Source: the human T2T-CHM13v2.0 reference genome, Homo sapiens. Taken from it: a DNA stretch of 64,000 nt. The stretch is taken from NCBI GenBank assembly GCA_009914755.4, contig CP068257.2, positions 37,440,001-37,504,000 of the forward strand, read 5' to 3'. The notes under the pieces are model-generated. The model saw only the letters and a list, made by a program, of their open reading frames with translations. It did no database searches and had not been told where the DNA came from. This document shows, one piece after another, positions 25,086 through 37,797 of this stretch; position 1 is the first letter of the stretch, and every line of letters starts with the position of its first letter. The position numbers and the translations under genes are program-made.

Positions 25086-26051
25086 ACATGTAATAGAACA
25101 TGGGCTTCTTGCTGTCAGTTACAGCCAGGGAGATTGAAGCCGCTGGCTAAAGCACCCTTCAGGAGCAGCTCTCAGGGCTCTGGGAGCCCCTGGCAGCTCT
25201 ATCCTGTGGCTCCACCGTGCTGCCAGGGAGAGCGAGCAGGGCAGAGGCCAGCCAGCAATGGCTTTCCCTGTGGGGAGCAATGGGATGTTCATCTATTTCC
25301 TGAAGAGGCCAGGGCATAACATTAATTCTAAATGGAACAATTAAATTCCAATTAAAAATCAATTTTAAAATGTGAAAAAGTAATAGGTACCAACCGATGT
25401 CTCTTTGCATCCGTGAGACTTTCCTGGTCCCCTATGCCAAAGTTATAAGCAAAGCTCGCACCAGAGAAAGTTCCGATTTTTCATGAACCTGAGTCAGATT
25501 CTCTGGAACCAAAGATTAGAGTATTGATTCTTCCAGCATTCAGCACATCTGATAGCACCCAGGGGGTTATAAATGGCAACAAATCCTGTGAAACATCAGC
25601 CCAGAGAATACCGTCTTTATTTTACAACACTTACAAAGAGATCCCCTAAGGTTTATTTTAAAAATAAATAACATTATAAAAAGCAATTTTAGTCACCAGC
25701 CTGTTACAGCAAAATATCTGAGCCCCAGAATCCTAGGCAGACATCATCACCAGCCCGTGTGTGATTAGGAAAACGGGGTCTGGTGAGGGTGGCGCCCCAC
25801 TCAGTTGAGAGGCTCCCCTCTCAATCCCTGTCCATTTATCCTGCTGGGAGCTCTGTGGTTTGGGTCTCTATGTCTTCCTTTTTTTGAGGTGTTCAATTTT
25901 TCCCCAAGTCAAAAGGGGTGGCATCCTTCTAAGTCACCAGCTAAGAACATCAAAAACCCCAGGGCTCCATGTCCTGCTGAAGGTCAGGGCGAGGTCTCCG
26001 CCCCTCAGCACCAGCCCTCACTCTCCTTCCCCCTCCATAAGAAGGAGGGCC

Positions 26052-26524
<473 letters not shown>

Positions 26525-27289
26525 TCATTCGAGGGGTCTAATCACAGACCCCCAAAGTGTCCTGTCTGTGGACAGAATTCCAGCAGTCTGGAACTTGCAT
26601 AGAGAAACTATGACTTTTTTTTCACTAATCTCTAGCTGAACATTAGCACTTCCTTCCATCGTGAATGTACACAACAAGCCACAGAAGCAAAAACAGTACC
26701 TGGTACTTGGTCACCAGTTAGAAATCACAGCTACTTTCATATGACACTACATCTGTTCCAGGAATCTCAGGATAGCGTTCATGCCCATCACTACATGGAA
26801 ATGAGAGTAGTTATCAGGACTGTTGATGGATCTATGAAAAAATTAATTTTTTTTAAAGAGCACAAATTAAAAAAAAATATTTGGGTAACTATGTATCAGT
26901 GTAATTGATTTCCTTTGTAACCCAGAGTGTTTTCTTTTATACATTTAAAAGCATTCTCCTAATAAGGGGTCCATAGAGGTCATGGCACCCAAAGAGGAAG
27001 GAACCCCTACCCTCATCAAAAACTCAGCTCACGGGGCTGACACACACAGGAGACCCCTAACCAAGGCTGTGGGCCAAGTGGGTGCAGACTCCGAGAGAGG
27101 CTGCGGGGAGATGGCTGCTCCTCAGTCATCCATCAGCATCTTCACCACATTCACACTTTATAATAACTAAACTGACTCAAAGCGTTTTGTGGAGCAGAAA
27201 TGGATGATGATAAATGTTTTATTCTCACATAACAGTTTACGGACGGTACGCAAGCCACTGCACTAGAACCCCACAACTGCTAGGCTGGC

Positions 27290-27390
27290 AAGCTGGGTAT
27301 GTTGTCATTTCTTAAATAAAGAAACTGAGACGCAAAGGAATGTAATGCTTTGTTCAGAGTCATTGAACCCACCTGCCGGTGGCAGAGAAA
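27290..27390 (-). mobile_element. Possible diverged MIR SINE fragment
   Basis: 'aaataaagaaactgagacgcaaaggaatgtaatgctttgttcagagtcat...ggtggcagagaaaagcc' weakly resembles the reverse-complemented MIR core 'gaggaaactgaggctcagagaggttaagtaacttgcccaaggtcacacagc...gtggcagagc'. Confidence 0.3.
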
Positions 27391-27462
27391 AGCCTCACAG
27401 CTGTCTTCTGACGCCAAGTCCCGGCACCTGGCTGGGCTGCCGCTCCAGGTGCGGGCATATAC

Positions 27463-27476
27463 TGCGCATGCGCTCT
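27463..27476. promoter_or_regulatory. Palindromic NRF1-like motif (GCGCATGCGC) inside a locally CpG-enriched patch (~27400-27560)
   Basis: 'ctgcgcatgcgctc' was read directly. The surrounding ~450 bp carry ~17 CpGs, including 'gccgctccaggtgcggg', 'ccgtccctccggccccgcc' and 'gacgacga'. This is unusual for otherwise CpG-depleted sequence. Confidence 0.3.
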
Positions 27477-27950
27477 GTGCTGGCCTCCCCACCCCTCCCC
27501 CGTCCCTCCGGCCCCGCCTTCCACACCCCTGTCCAGCCCCCTGGTATGAACTTAGGTGCATGGGACACCCTGTGACGACGATCATTAGGACAAGTATGCA
27601 CTTGCTTATTGGCCTGGGAGTCCCTTGGCTTCTCACAAGCTTGAAGCGCTGCGCCCCCATTGTCCCAGTGCTATGACAAGCCATGCAAAGGTAAACAATA
27701 ACTAGTGGTCACAAGGCGGGACAGTCCACTTTCCCCAGAATATCTGCAAAAATGCATGCCAAAGGTAGTAAGCCATTTCCATTTTCCGACCCGCTGCTGC
27801 ACTTACAGTCCTCCTGCTCCTCCAGCTGGGTCTCCCAATAAAATCCAACGCCTGGAGAGGGAAGGTTCTGGCTCCTGGCCCGTCACTGGGCTGGCCTGGA
27901 TGGTGGCCTGGTGATGCCGGGGAAGCCAGCTTCATCCACGCCAGTCCTCT

Positions 27951-28106
27951 CATCTCCCCGTGCAGGGAGTAGAAAGGACACTTTCCTCCCATCTCCCCGT
28001 GCAGGGAGTAGAAAGGACACTTTCCTCCCATCTCCCCGTGCAGGGAGTAGAAAGGACACTTTCCTCCCATCTCCCCGTGCAGGGAGTAGAAAGGACACTT
28101 TCCTCC
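27951..28106. repeat. Minisatellite/VNTR: four perfect tandem copies of a 39-bp unit
   Basis: The unit 'atctccccgtgcagggagtagaaaggacactttcctccc' lies at 27951-27989, 27990-28028, 28029-28067 and 28068-28106 with 100% identity. The 39-bp period is in frame, so it produces the repeated 13-aa peptides in the ORF track on both strands. Confidence 0.97.
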
Positions 28107-29152
28107 CATTTTTATGGATTCAAAAACAGAGCCCACCAGTGTGTGTGCGAGCCGGGTTGGCACCTGAGTCCCCACCCCACCCCTTGGTTCAATGTAGGAC
28201 AAAGAGGGCTCACGGGCTCCACGCCTGCTGCATGAGACTGAATTATCCTTCCTCTCTGTTTTACAGTCATGATTGCCCTGCAAAAGAACTTTCCGGCAAA
28301 AACAGCCCTTCGTCCTCTTCCCCCGTCTTCTGACCTCTCAAATTTCCCTCCAGTTTCTGGAACTTCTTTGAAGGGAATCTCCCTAAACTACTCGTCACAA
28401 AATTACATGGGGTGGAGCTGGAACATTTTTGTTTAGGATGCAAGATCCTGTTTAAACTGCACTCTGTTTTGCAAGCTCTGGTGTTTAGCCTCTCTATATC
28501 TCCTGGGCTTGTGGGGGTGGGGCAGGGGTGGGAGTGGCGTGACTCACTGCAGCAGGTTGCATAAACCTTATTGGTGCAAGATGAGTGAGAATTCAGGTGC
28601 ACATCTTTGAATGACCACCTGCATATCATCAGCCCTTGGATAGCATCTCTACTTTCTTGGGAGATTGGAGGTAAGGATACAAAACACCACAGAGACTCAC
28701 CGAGTCTCTAAGCAAAAAAGAGTCAACAGCAGCTGAATGTTGGTGGGCAGGGACACCCTGTGACGTTCAGGTGAAGTTCAGGACCCAGCCCTGTTGAGTT
28801 TGAGCAAGGTCAACATTTTCCTAACATCTTCTGGGTATTTCCACAGTTGAGAATACCAAATGATGTGGGCAGCTTGCTGGGTGCCAAGTACAACATGACG
28901 GACCCACTTACTGGGTCCATTTACTGCCAAGCCGGGCACTTACTGGGCCCACGCTAGTGGCTGTACTGCTGTGTGGCCAGACCTGGCTGTGGGAGGTGGG
29001 AGGTAATCAGGGCTTCACAAAGAGAGAACAGACATTTCCTCCACAGTGAAGGAGGAGCTGCCACTCCCACCTTCCCTCCACCTTCTGGCCAGTGTCTCTA
29101 ACATGCTCAGCACAAGTGTCACCTGGGGTGCCTGCTAAAGATACAGGTTCTA

Positions 29153-29499
<347 letters not shown>

Positions 29500-30943
29500 T
29501 CAACAAGCACCCCCATATGCCCGTGGTTCTCGAGTACTGATGGGCATCAGAATCTCCAGACACTTGTCAAAATCCACGCCTTTACATTTACCCCAGTCTA
29601 TGAATCAGCATCTCCAGAAACCAGGCCAGGTGATTCTCAGGCATCTAAAGTTTGAGATCCTACTTTGGATGAGTGATTTTCAAAGTGGAGTCCCCAGACA
29701 AGCAGCTCCTGTGTCACCTGGGAGCTTGTTAGGCACATTCTTGGGTCCCACCCCAGACCTCCTGAGTCAGAAACTCGGGATGAGGCCCCACCCTCCAGGT
29801 GAGAGCCACTGGAGTTAGACTGTGAGCTTCCCAAGGCCATGCACTTGTCCTGGTCACAGCTTAGAGTGTGGTACTTGGTGCTGAGTCAGCACGGGGGCTC
29901 TCCCTGGCTTCTAAGAGAAGTGAATGAGTTTTCCTCACCACTGACTGCCCAGGACACCCCATCTGGGCCAGAAGGAGCTGCCTGCTGTCTCCTTCTCCCA
30001 GGGGCCAGAATACAGCTCCTTAGGCACCTGTATTTGCAGGAAAGGCTGCTGTATGGGGAGAGAGCAGGCCTTGCCCTCAGTTTGGCTAACTTCTCACAGC
30101 TCCAGTTTCATCTATCTTGCTCTACCGCTGCAAAAGAATTGCCCCATGCCTTATGCATTTTGCCTCAGAGTCCCAGGAGTGCAATGTCCAATGTGGGGTG
30201 TGCTTTCTCTACTAGCTTAAAGTACAGAACAAATACCCCTCTGCTCCTATATGAACATGAACTGTTCATTCTAGTGATGGCTCTGAACAAAGCCGGGGGT
30301 CCCCTTTAAGTTGGCTTGAACATTTGCATTTCTGTTCCAGTCCTACTCATTTACAGATAACACACGGAGCCCTCCAAGCCCTTGCCACCCCTTTCCAGTC
30401 CTATTCCACTCTTCCCTCACCCTTCCCAGACCAGCTCAAGCACCCCTCATCCAGGAAACTTCCCCAGCCCTTTCCAGCTCTGGCTGATCTACCTGCTCTC
30501 CAAAGGTGAAGAAGCCGTTGCCTTCAGTGAGAATTTGGCACTTTGGGGCTCTCTTGAACCTTTGTCTTATTTCCCCAATAAAAGTGATAGTCCGATCAGG
30601 GCAGGGTCAATATTTATTGTCTTATTTTCATTCCGTCAAATTACTCAGCACCCCAGAGAGTTTTGATCATGAAGGTGCTCAGTAAGTGTTGGATGGCAGC
30701 ATAGAGGTCAATCACAAAAGCAAGAAACCACACAGCCACTGCTGCAGATGAATGTCTCTGGATCTGCCCACACCCTTAGAATGGTTCCAGATCAACTGGG
30801 CGTCTGTCCAGCAGCCTAGGAGTGAGCTTTGGATCCTTTACAAAAACAAGAAGGCAGTAGCACCCCCTGAAAACCATGCCTTACAGTTAACCTGCCTCTA
30901 AGGTACAGGCCCTTCCAACCTGCTGTTTAGCAGGGAGAAGGGG

Positions 30944-31272
<329 letters not shown>

Positions 31273-32089
31273 TCAACAGACCTATGTTCAAATTAATCAC
31301 TACGTATTATTAATATCAAAATAACTGTTAACCTACAGCTGACCTCAGCCACTGCCCTCTGCTGGCCCACTCTGGAGGGATCTGGCTCTGCACCCCGGAT
31401 TTCTGCCCTTCCTGCACCCTCCCAGGAGGACGCTGCTCCTACCCTATGTTGGGGGGCATTTGAGTTTGGAGATCAAGGAGAACTGCGAAGAGAAGAGAAG
31501 AAGAGCTTCAGTCATGGCTGGAGGGAGGCATTGGAAAGGAGGTCAGAAGGACGCAGTCAGAGAGTGTGGGAAAATTGGAATGCCGGAAGAAGGAGAAATG
31601 AAATGAGAAGGGGTGCTGGGGATAAGTTGGATCCCCTTTAATATACTTCCAGAAGTGCAAATAAATGATGGGATTTCCTTTACATTGATCTTCAATGATC
31701 AAACTGTGCTTCTTAAACTAAACATGATTCTCAGAGACAGTCACGGCTGCAATGCGGTTACAATGATGAGAAGCCTTTCCTGGCCCTGGAGCTAACTACA
31801 TCCCATGCAACTGGCCCCGACATAGGTACTGCTGTCATAATGACCTTGCAGGTGGGGACAGTCAGGCAGACAAGAGGTTGCCCTAGGCCCCACAGCTGGG
31901 CAAGGCAAAGCCCAAAATAGAGTTCATGCTGGTGCCAGGTCAGTGCTCTCAGACACTCATGTCCTGTCTCTAGGCAGGGCCAGCCCCTCCCCGTGCAGGG
32001 CTCCAGCCAGGCTCTCACCCCCTTCCTTAAAAGTGAACCGGATCCAGGACCAACAGCTTGAGACAGCACTCTGGGAAGCTGATCCCCAA

Positions 32090-32620
32090 GTTGACGTCTG
32101 AGGCTCAAATTCTCTCTGATTCAACCCCACGAGGAGCCAGCTGGGGTCTGAGCCGGGGCAGCAGGGACAGAGCTGCCGCCGGGGGTCTGCTGCCAGCGGG
32201 CATCGCCGAGGAGGGCGCAGCCTGCGGGCTGGATAGAAACCAGACAAAGGGCACTCCAGGCCCACCGGGCCGGCCATCCGGAGGGTCTACAGCTAATTAA
32301 GACTGAAGGGAGCACTGAATAACCCTTTTGTGGATCAAAAGCACTCTGTTGGAAACCCAGCTGACAACTCCAACAAAACTGACTTCATGGTTTCTTATGA
32401 GAAAACTGTGAATACATCGAGGACTGAAGAAGCGCTTTGTTCCAGACCTTCGTGGGACCACCAGAGATTCAGATTACAAAGCGGCCCTGCCCGGCTGCAA
32501 CAAACAGCGCCTCGCTGAAGCCAAGGCTGTCTCGGTGTAGGAAAGCCAGAAATAACACATTACACTGAAGCCGGGGCATGGTGTGGCCACGACTGCTCGC
32601 TCATGTGCTTCATTTACAGA
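32090..32620. promoter_or_regulatory. CpG-island-like segment (~25 CpGs in ~530 bp) with a CRE-like TGACGTC at 32092-32098. It is a candidate unmethylated or regulatory region.
   Basis: Non-repetitive and GC-rich. CpG clusters include 'gccgccgggggtc', 'agcgggcatcgccgaggagggcgcagcctgcgggc', 'ccgggccggccatccgga', 'agcgcctcgctg' and 'cacgactgctcgctc'. 'ttgacgtctg' matches 7 of 8 positions of the CRE consensus. Confidence 0.3.
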
Positions 32621-33519
32621 AAAGGACACACACACCCCACCACAATCCGATTAGAACCAGACAAGACTGGAAGGCTGGGCACAAATCACACTGAGCCCCT
32701 CCCCCAAGAGGGTCTCCTCTGAGCCTGTATCAGGATGGGTTCTTCGGACATTTAAAGGCAACTGAAAATACAAAGGCTCCTTTCACTTCTGCACTCCAGG
32801 CTGCTCTCGGGCATCACCCAGAACTTCAAACACGCCCCATGCCAGGATCCCAGCCCCAGGGACTGTAATGTAATTGACCTCGGTGCAGCCTGACGTCAGC
32901 ATTTGTAGGAGCTACCTGGGTGTCGTGAGTTGGATGGTGCCCCCTCCCAGAAGATATGTCCACCCAGAACCTCCAAATGTGACTTGACTGGAATAAGGGT
33001 CTTTGTAGATATCATTAACCCTTTTCCCACTTGCCCAAGAATACTCCCCAGCAGCATTTACCCCAAGATAACTTTGCTGCAAAATACCTTGCTTTTATTA
33101 TTATTTTCAAATCGCTCTAGTGTATTGACTTTGGAAACAAAACACATCATTCCATTTATAGCATTCTGGTTTTAGTAGTGGTATTTCCATTTACAAAACT
33201 ATAGTAATTCTCGAGTGCTGAAAATGTCAAATCCTAGAAAACGTCGCATTCCTGCACGTGATGTTAACATTGTTCTTGAAAACAGTTATTGGCCAGAGAT
33301 TCATTTGATGAATCCGATTCTTCCGAAACAGATGATTCTGATGATTTAGACGATTCTGATGTTAGTTCTGTGCAGAAATAACTCCAAGAACAGTTTTTGT
33401 ATTTTATTTTCACATTGAAAATCCATCAGATTTGCTTCAGCCTCAAAGAGCATGTTTATGTAAAAAATGAGTACTGGCAGTGAGCTGCACTTTATTTTCT
33501 AAACGGAAAAAGGGTGAAG

Positions 33520-34310
33520 GTAAAGATCTCTAGATGAGATCATCCTGGATGAGGGCGGGCCCTAAATCCAATGACTCGTGTCCTCATAGGAGACAGAAAA
33601 GGAGATCCTGCAAACAAGGCCGTGTGAAGACAGAGGCAGAGACTGGAGTGATGCTGGTTCCATACAAGGAAGGCCAAGGATGGAGGTCATGAGGAACAGG
33701 AGGGAAGCCTGGAATACATGTTCCCATGCAGCTGCCAGCAGGGGCCACCCTGCCCACACCTTGACTTTGGCCTTCGGAACTGTGAGGGAGCAAATTTCTG
33801 TGTTCTAAGCCAGCGGTCCTCAACCTTTTTGGCACGAGGGACCAGTTTTGCAGGAGGCAATTTTTCCACACACGGGGGGGATGGTTTCAGGATGACTCAA
33901 GGGCATGATGCGTATTGTGCACTTTATTTCTATTATTATTACACTGTAATATGTAATGAAATCATTACACAACTCACAAGAATGAAGAATCAGTGGGAGA
34001 CCTGAGCCTGTTTTCCTGCAACTAGACAGTCCCATCTGAGGGTGATGGGAGACAGTGACAGATCATCAGGCATTAGATTCTCATAAGGAGCGTACCGCCT
34101 AGATCCCTCACAATTCATAATAAGGCGCAACCTCCTATAAGAATCTAACGCCGCCACTGTTCTGACAGGAGGTGGAGCTCAGGCGGTAATGGTCACTCGC
34201 CCACACTCGCCTCTTGTCCATACTGGTCCATGGCCCGGGGTTGGGGACCCCTGTTCGAAGTCACCCAGGTTGTGGTGGTTTGTTACAGCAGGCCCAGGGA
34301 ACTCATTCAG
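33520..34310 (+). mobile_element. MaLR LTR (MLT1-like) interrupted by a hAT insertion at 33811-34253
   Basis: The 5' part reads '...ggcgggccctaaatccaatgactcgtgtcctcataggagacag...ccacaccttgactttggccttcggaactgtgagggagcaaatttctgtgttctaagc'. After the hAT it resumes '[ttcgaagt]cacccaggttgtggtggtttgttacagcaggcccagggaac', which corresponds to the MLT1 3' end 'tttctgttgtttaagccacccagtctgtggtattttgttacagcagcc'. Confidence 0.5.
33811..34253 (-). mobile_element. Non-autonomous hAT-superfamily DNA transposon (443 bp, internally deleted derivative of the family at 44447-45336)
   Basis: The termini 'cagcggtcctcaacctttttggcac' and '...gggttggggacccctg' are inverted repeats (CAG...CTG). Imperfect 8-bp flanking duplications 'ttctaagc' and 'ttcgaagt' match at 6 of 8 positions. 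Internal palindromic segments include 'catcaggcattagattctcataaggagcg...ctataagaatctaacgcc'. It is collinear with the ends of the 890-bp copy. Confidence 0.7.
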
Positions 34311-34570
34311 CAGGTGGATTTGGGTGGCCCTAATCTAATAAGACTGATGTCCTTATAAGAAGAGGGGATTAGGACACAGACACACACAGAGGGACAACCC
34401 TGTGAGGATTCAGGGAGAAGAGGCCTTCTACAAGCCAAGGAGAGAGGCCTCAGGAGGAATCAACCCTGCCCACACCTTGATCCTGGACTCCAGCCTCCAG
34501 AACTGGGAGGAAACAAATGTCTATTGCTTAAGCCACCAGTCCGTGGTATTTTGTTAGGTGGCCCTCACAG
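34300..34570 (+). mobile_element. Second MLT1-like MaLR LTR fragment (5'-truncated)
   Basis: 'gtggatttgggtggccctaatctaataagactgatgtccttataagaagaggggattaggacacagacacacacagagggacaaccctgtgaggattcagggagaagaggccttctacaagccaaggagagaggcctcaggaggaatcaaccctgcccacaccttgatcctggactccagcctccagaactgggaggaaacaaatgtctattgcttaagccaccagtccgtggtattttgttaggtggccc'. Confidence 0.55.
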
Positions 34571-34640
34571 AGTCATACACTAGGTACTTGCTGTATGTGA
34601 TTTTATCTGATCCTCATGGCAATTTTCTAAGTTGTGTTTA

Positions 34641-34907
34641 GGCCCTGCATGGTGGCTCACACCTGTAGTCCCAGTTTGAGACTACAGGAGTTTGAGACCA
34701 GCCTGGACTACATAGTGAGACCCAATCTCTGAAAAAATTAAAAAGTAGCCAGATGTGATGACACATGCCTGTAGTCCCAGCTACTCAAGAGGCTGAGGTG
34801 GGAGGATCACTTGAGCCCATGAGTTTGAGGCTGCAGTGAGCTGTGATTGTGCCACTGCACTCCAGTAGCCTGGGCAACAAAACAGGACCCCATCTCTAAA
34901 AAAAAAA
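34641..34907 (+). mobile_element. Alu SINE (old AluJ-like, with deletions in the left arm)
   Basis: 'ggccctgcatggtggctcacacctgtagtcccagtttgagactacaggagtttgagaccagcctggactacatagtgagacccaatctctgaaaaaattaaaaagtagccagatgtgatgacacatgcctgtagtcccagctactcaagaggctgaggtgggaggatcacttgagcccatgagtttgaggctgcagtgagctgtgattgtgccactgcactccagtagcctgggcaacaaaacaggaccccatctctaaaaaaaaaa'. Confidence 0.85.
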
Positions 34908-35566
34908 GGAAGTTGTTGTTTTATTATTATTCCCTTTTTGCAAATGAGGAAAATAAAACTATAAAAGGTTAAGTGGCCCATCCAAACTCACATATACGGT
35001 AAATGTCAGAGCCAGGATCCAACCTGGCCTATCTCAGGCCACAGCTGGCACTAGGGCCCCTGGTTCTAGGTGGCAGCCCCTGGACACAGAGGCCTTCAAA
35101 GACTGGGAAGTGCTCCCTCTGAGCGGGCAGTCCAGAGCCGGTGATGCTCACTGTTTTGCTGCCCTTGGGCCTAGAACAGAGGGCTTTGCACGTCTCTTGC
35201 ATTGTCTCAGGGCTGTTTAGTCCCAGGTTGAGGGTAAGAGGAAGGAGGAGCCCCCAAAGCCACAGTTGGGGTTCTCAGTGGACATCCGGGGGCAAGAAAA
35301 CCTCCAGAAGGTGCACCTTCCATCAGCAACCTGGGAGGGGAAAGATACGTTTCTATGAAGAAAAGATGCATTCACTTACAACAGGAACTAGATTTAGTTC
35401 CCTTTAATAAGAACAACACTGCCCATATTCAATATTGAAATAGGCTGTTTTTCAGTATTTTTACCCAGAGTAGCTAATTTGATCCTCAAAACACACCAGC
35501 AAAATAAGTAAAGGAAGAATCTCTCCATTTTATGAGAAAATCTCAGGCTCAAAAACATCTGTGTTT

Positions 35567-35816
35567 GGCAGGGTGCAGTGGCTCACGCCTGTAATCCCAG
35601 CACTTTGGGAGGCTGAGGTGGGCGGATCACCTGAGGTCAGGAGTTCGAGTCCAGCCTAGCCAACATGGTGAAACCCCATCTCCACTAAAAATACAAAAAT
35701 TAGGCGGGCGTCGTGGCGGGCGCCTGTAGTCCCAGCTACTCGGGAGGCTGAGGCAGGAGAATTGCTTGAACCCAGGAGGGTGGAGGCTGCAGTGAGCCGA
35801 GATCATGTCGCTGCAG
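35567..35816 (+). mobile_element. Alu SINE (AluS-like), 3'-truncated, with no terminal 'cactccagcctgg...polyA'
   Basis: 'ggcagggtgcagtggctcacgcctgtaatcccagcactttgggaggctgaggtgggcggatcacctgaggtcaggagttcgagtccagcctagccaacatggtgaaaccccatctccactaaaaatacaaaaattaggcgggcgtcgtggcgggcgcctgtagtcccagctactcgggaggctgaggcaggagaattgcttgaacccaggagggtggaggctgcagtgagccgagatcatgtcgctgcag', then unrelated sequence. Confidence 0.88.
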
Positions 35817-36552
35817 AAATGTCTGTGCTCTCTACATCAGCTTCGTCCCTGCAAAACAGCGGTAACACATCTGGCCTCCCGGGCTGTGAGGAAGACAAAA
35901 TGAGGCAATGGACCCAATGCACAAGCATGGCTATCACCAAGTAAGTGCTCAGTTAAAGGCCACACATGACAATGTTGTGCCCAAGGTCTTAGCACTAATT
36001 AGAGACAAAGACAGGACCAAGCCCCCTGGATTCTAGAACTTCCTGTACTCAGCACAACACTCTCTGCACCCCGCCTTTTTTATGAAGTTGATTCATGAAT
36101 TCAAGAACAGCCCAACTCAGATGGTCACACTCCCCTGTCCCCTCTCCTCTCTCAGGCCCAGCCCCTGGACACTGACCTCTCCCCACTCTGCTCCTCCTCC
36201 TCCTCCTCCCAGCCCCGTCGTGGGGAAGGCAGGGCAGTTCCCTGGCATTTGGCTGGCTCCTAAGTGTCAGTTGAGTGATTTCATGAATGAGCAACTACCC
36301 TGATTACTCTGATTACTCTGAAGGTTCAATTTTGATTTTTTAATTTCTATGTCTCATAGTTAGTATTGCCAGTAAGAAACACAAGCCTGATTTATAGATT
36401 AAAAGACAAATCTTCTCCATGGCTCAATAAATACTGACTCGTGAACACAAGATAAATACCACTTAGTAAGATCACTGTATGAACAACAAGAGGTTGAACA
36501 TATACATTAGAGACGCAAGCTAACTCCCTGTGTTGAAAAAGTAGGTCATTTT

Positions 36553-36931
<379 letters not shown>

Positions 36932-37114
36932 TCATAATAAAATGGCGACAAACACTATGTATACTAGGCCCCTTCAAGTTAGGAAAGATCTACCCCAAAT
37001 CCTTAGCAGTATACTTGAGTGCAGAGAGTAATGTGCGTGTTTTACCTTTTAATTGATCTGTATCTCCTATGATGAGCAAACCATAGTACTTTCAAAACAA
37101 AATAACTTTATTTA

Positions 37115-37458
<344 letters not shown>

Positions 37459-37460
37459 GA

Positions 37461-37797
37461 CCAGCACGGTGGCTTACGCCTGTAATCCCACTGTAATCCC
37501 AGCACTTTGGGAGGCCGAGGCGGGTGGATCATGAGGTCGGGAGTTCAAGACCAGCCTGACCAACATGATGAAACCCCGTCTCCACTAAAATACAAAAATT
37601 AGCCAGGCGTGGTGATGGGTGCCTGTAATCCCAGCTAGTCAGGAGGCTGAGGCAGGAGAATCGCTTGAACCTGGGAGACTGAGTCAGGAGAACCGCTTGA
37701 ACCCAGGAGGTGGAGGTTGGAGTGAGCTGAGATTGCGCCACTGCACTCCAGCCTGGTTGACAGCGCAAGACTCCCTTCCCCCCCCAAAAAAATCTCC
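37461..37797 (+). mobile_element. Alu SINE (AluS-like) immediately downstream of the previous Alu, carrying two short internal micro-duplications
   Basis: 'ccagcacggtggcttacgcctgtaatcccactgtaatcccagcactttgggaggccgaggcgggtggatcatgaggtcgggagttcaagaccagcctgaccaacatgatgaaaccccgtctccactaaaatacaaaaattagccaggcgtggtgatgggtgcctgtaatcccagctagtcaggaggctgaggcaggagaatcgcttgaacctgggagactgagtcaggagaaccgcttgaacccaggaggtggaggttggagtgagctgagattgcgccactgcactccagcctggttgacagcgcaagactccc'. The duplicated pieces are 'ctgtaatccca' and 'caggagaa(t/c)cgcttgaacc'. Confidence 0.9.

Noticed and set aside
27883-28333. ORFs on both strands with exactly repeated 13-aa peptides (for example 'LPSPRAGSRKDTF', 'GGKCPFYSLHGEM'), and the possibility of a CRISPR-like or coding tandem array
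   Set aside because: The 39-bp units are contiguous with no spacers, so this is a minisatellite and not CRISPR. The sequence context is primate. The flanks carry no coding signature, and repeats in frame trivially yield repeated peptides.
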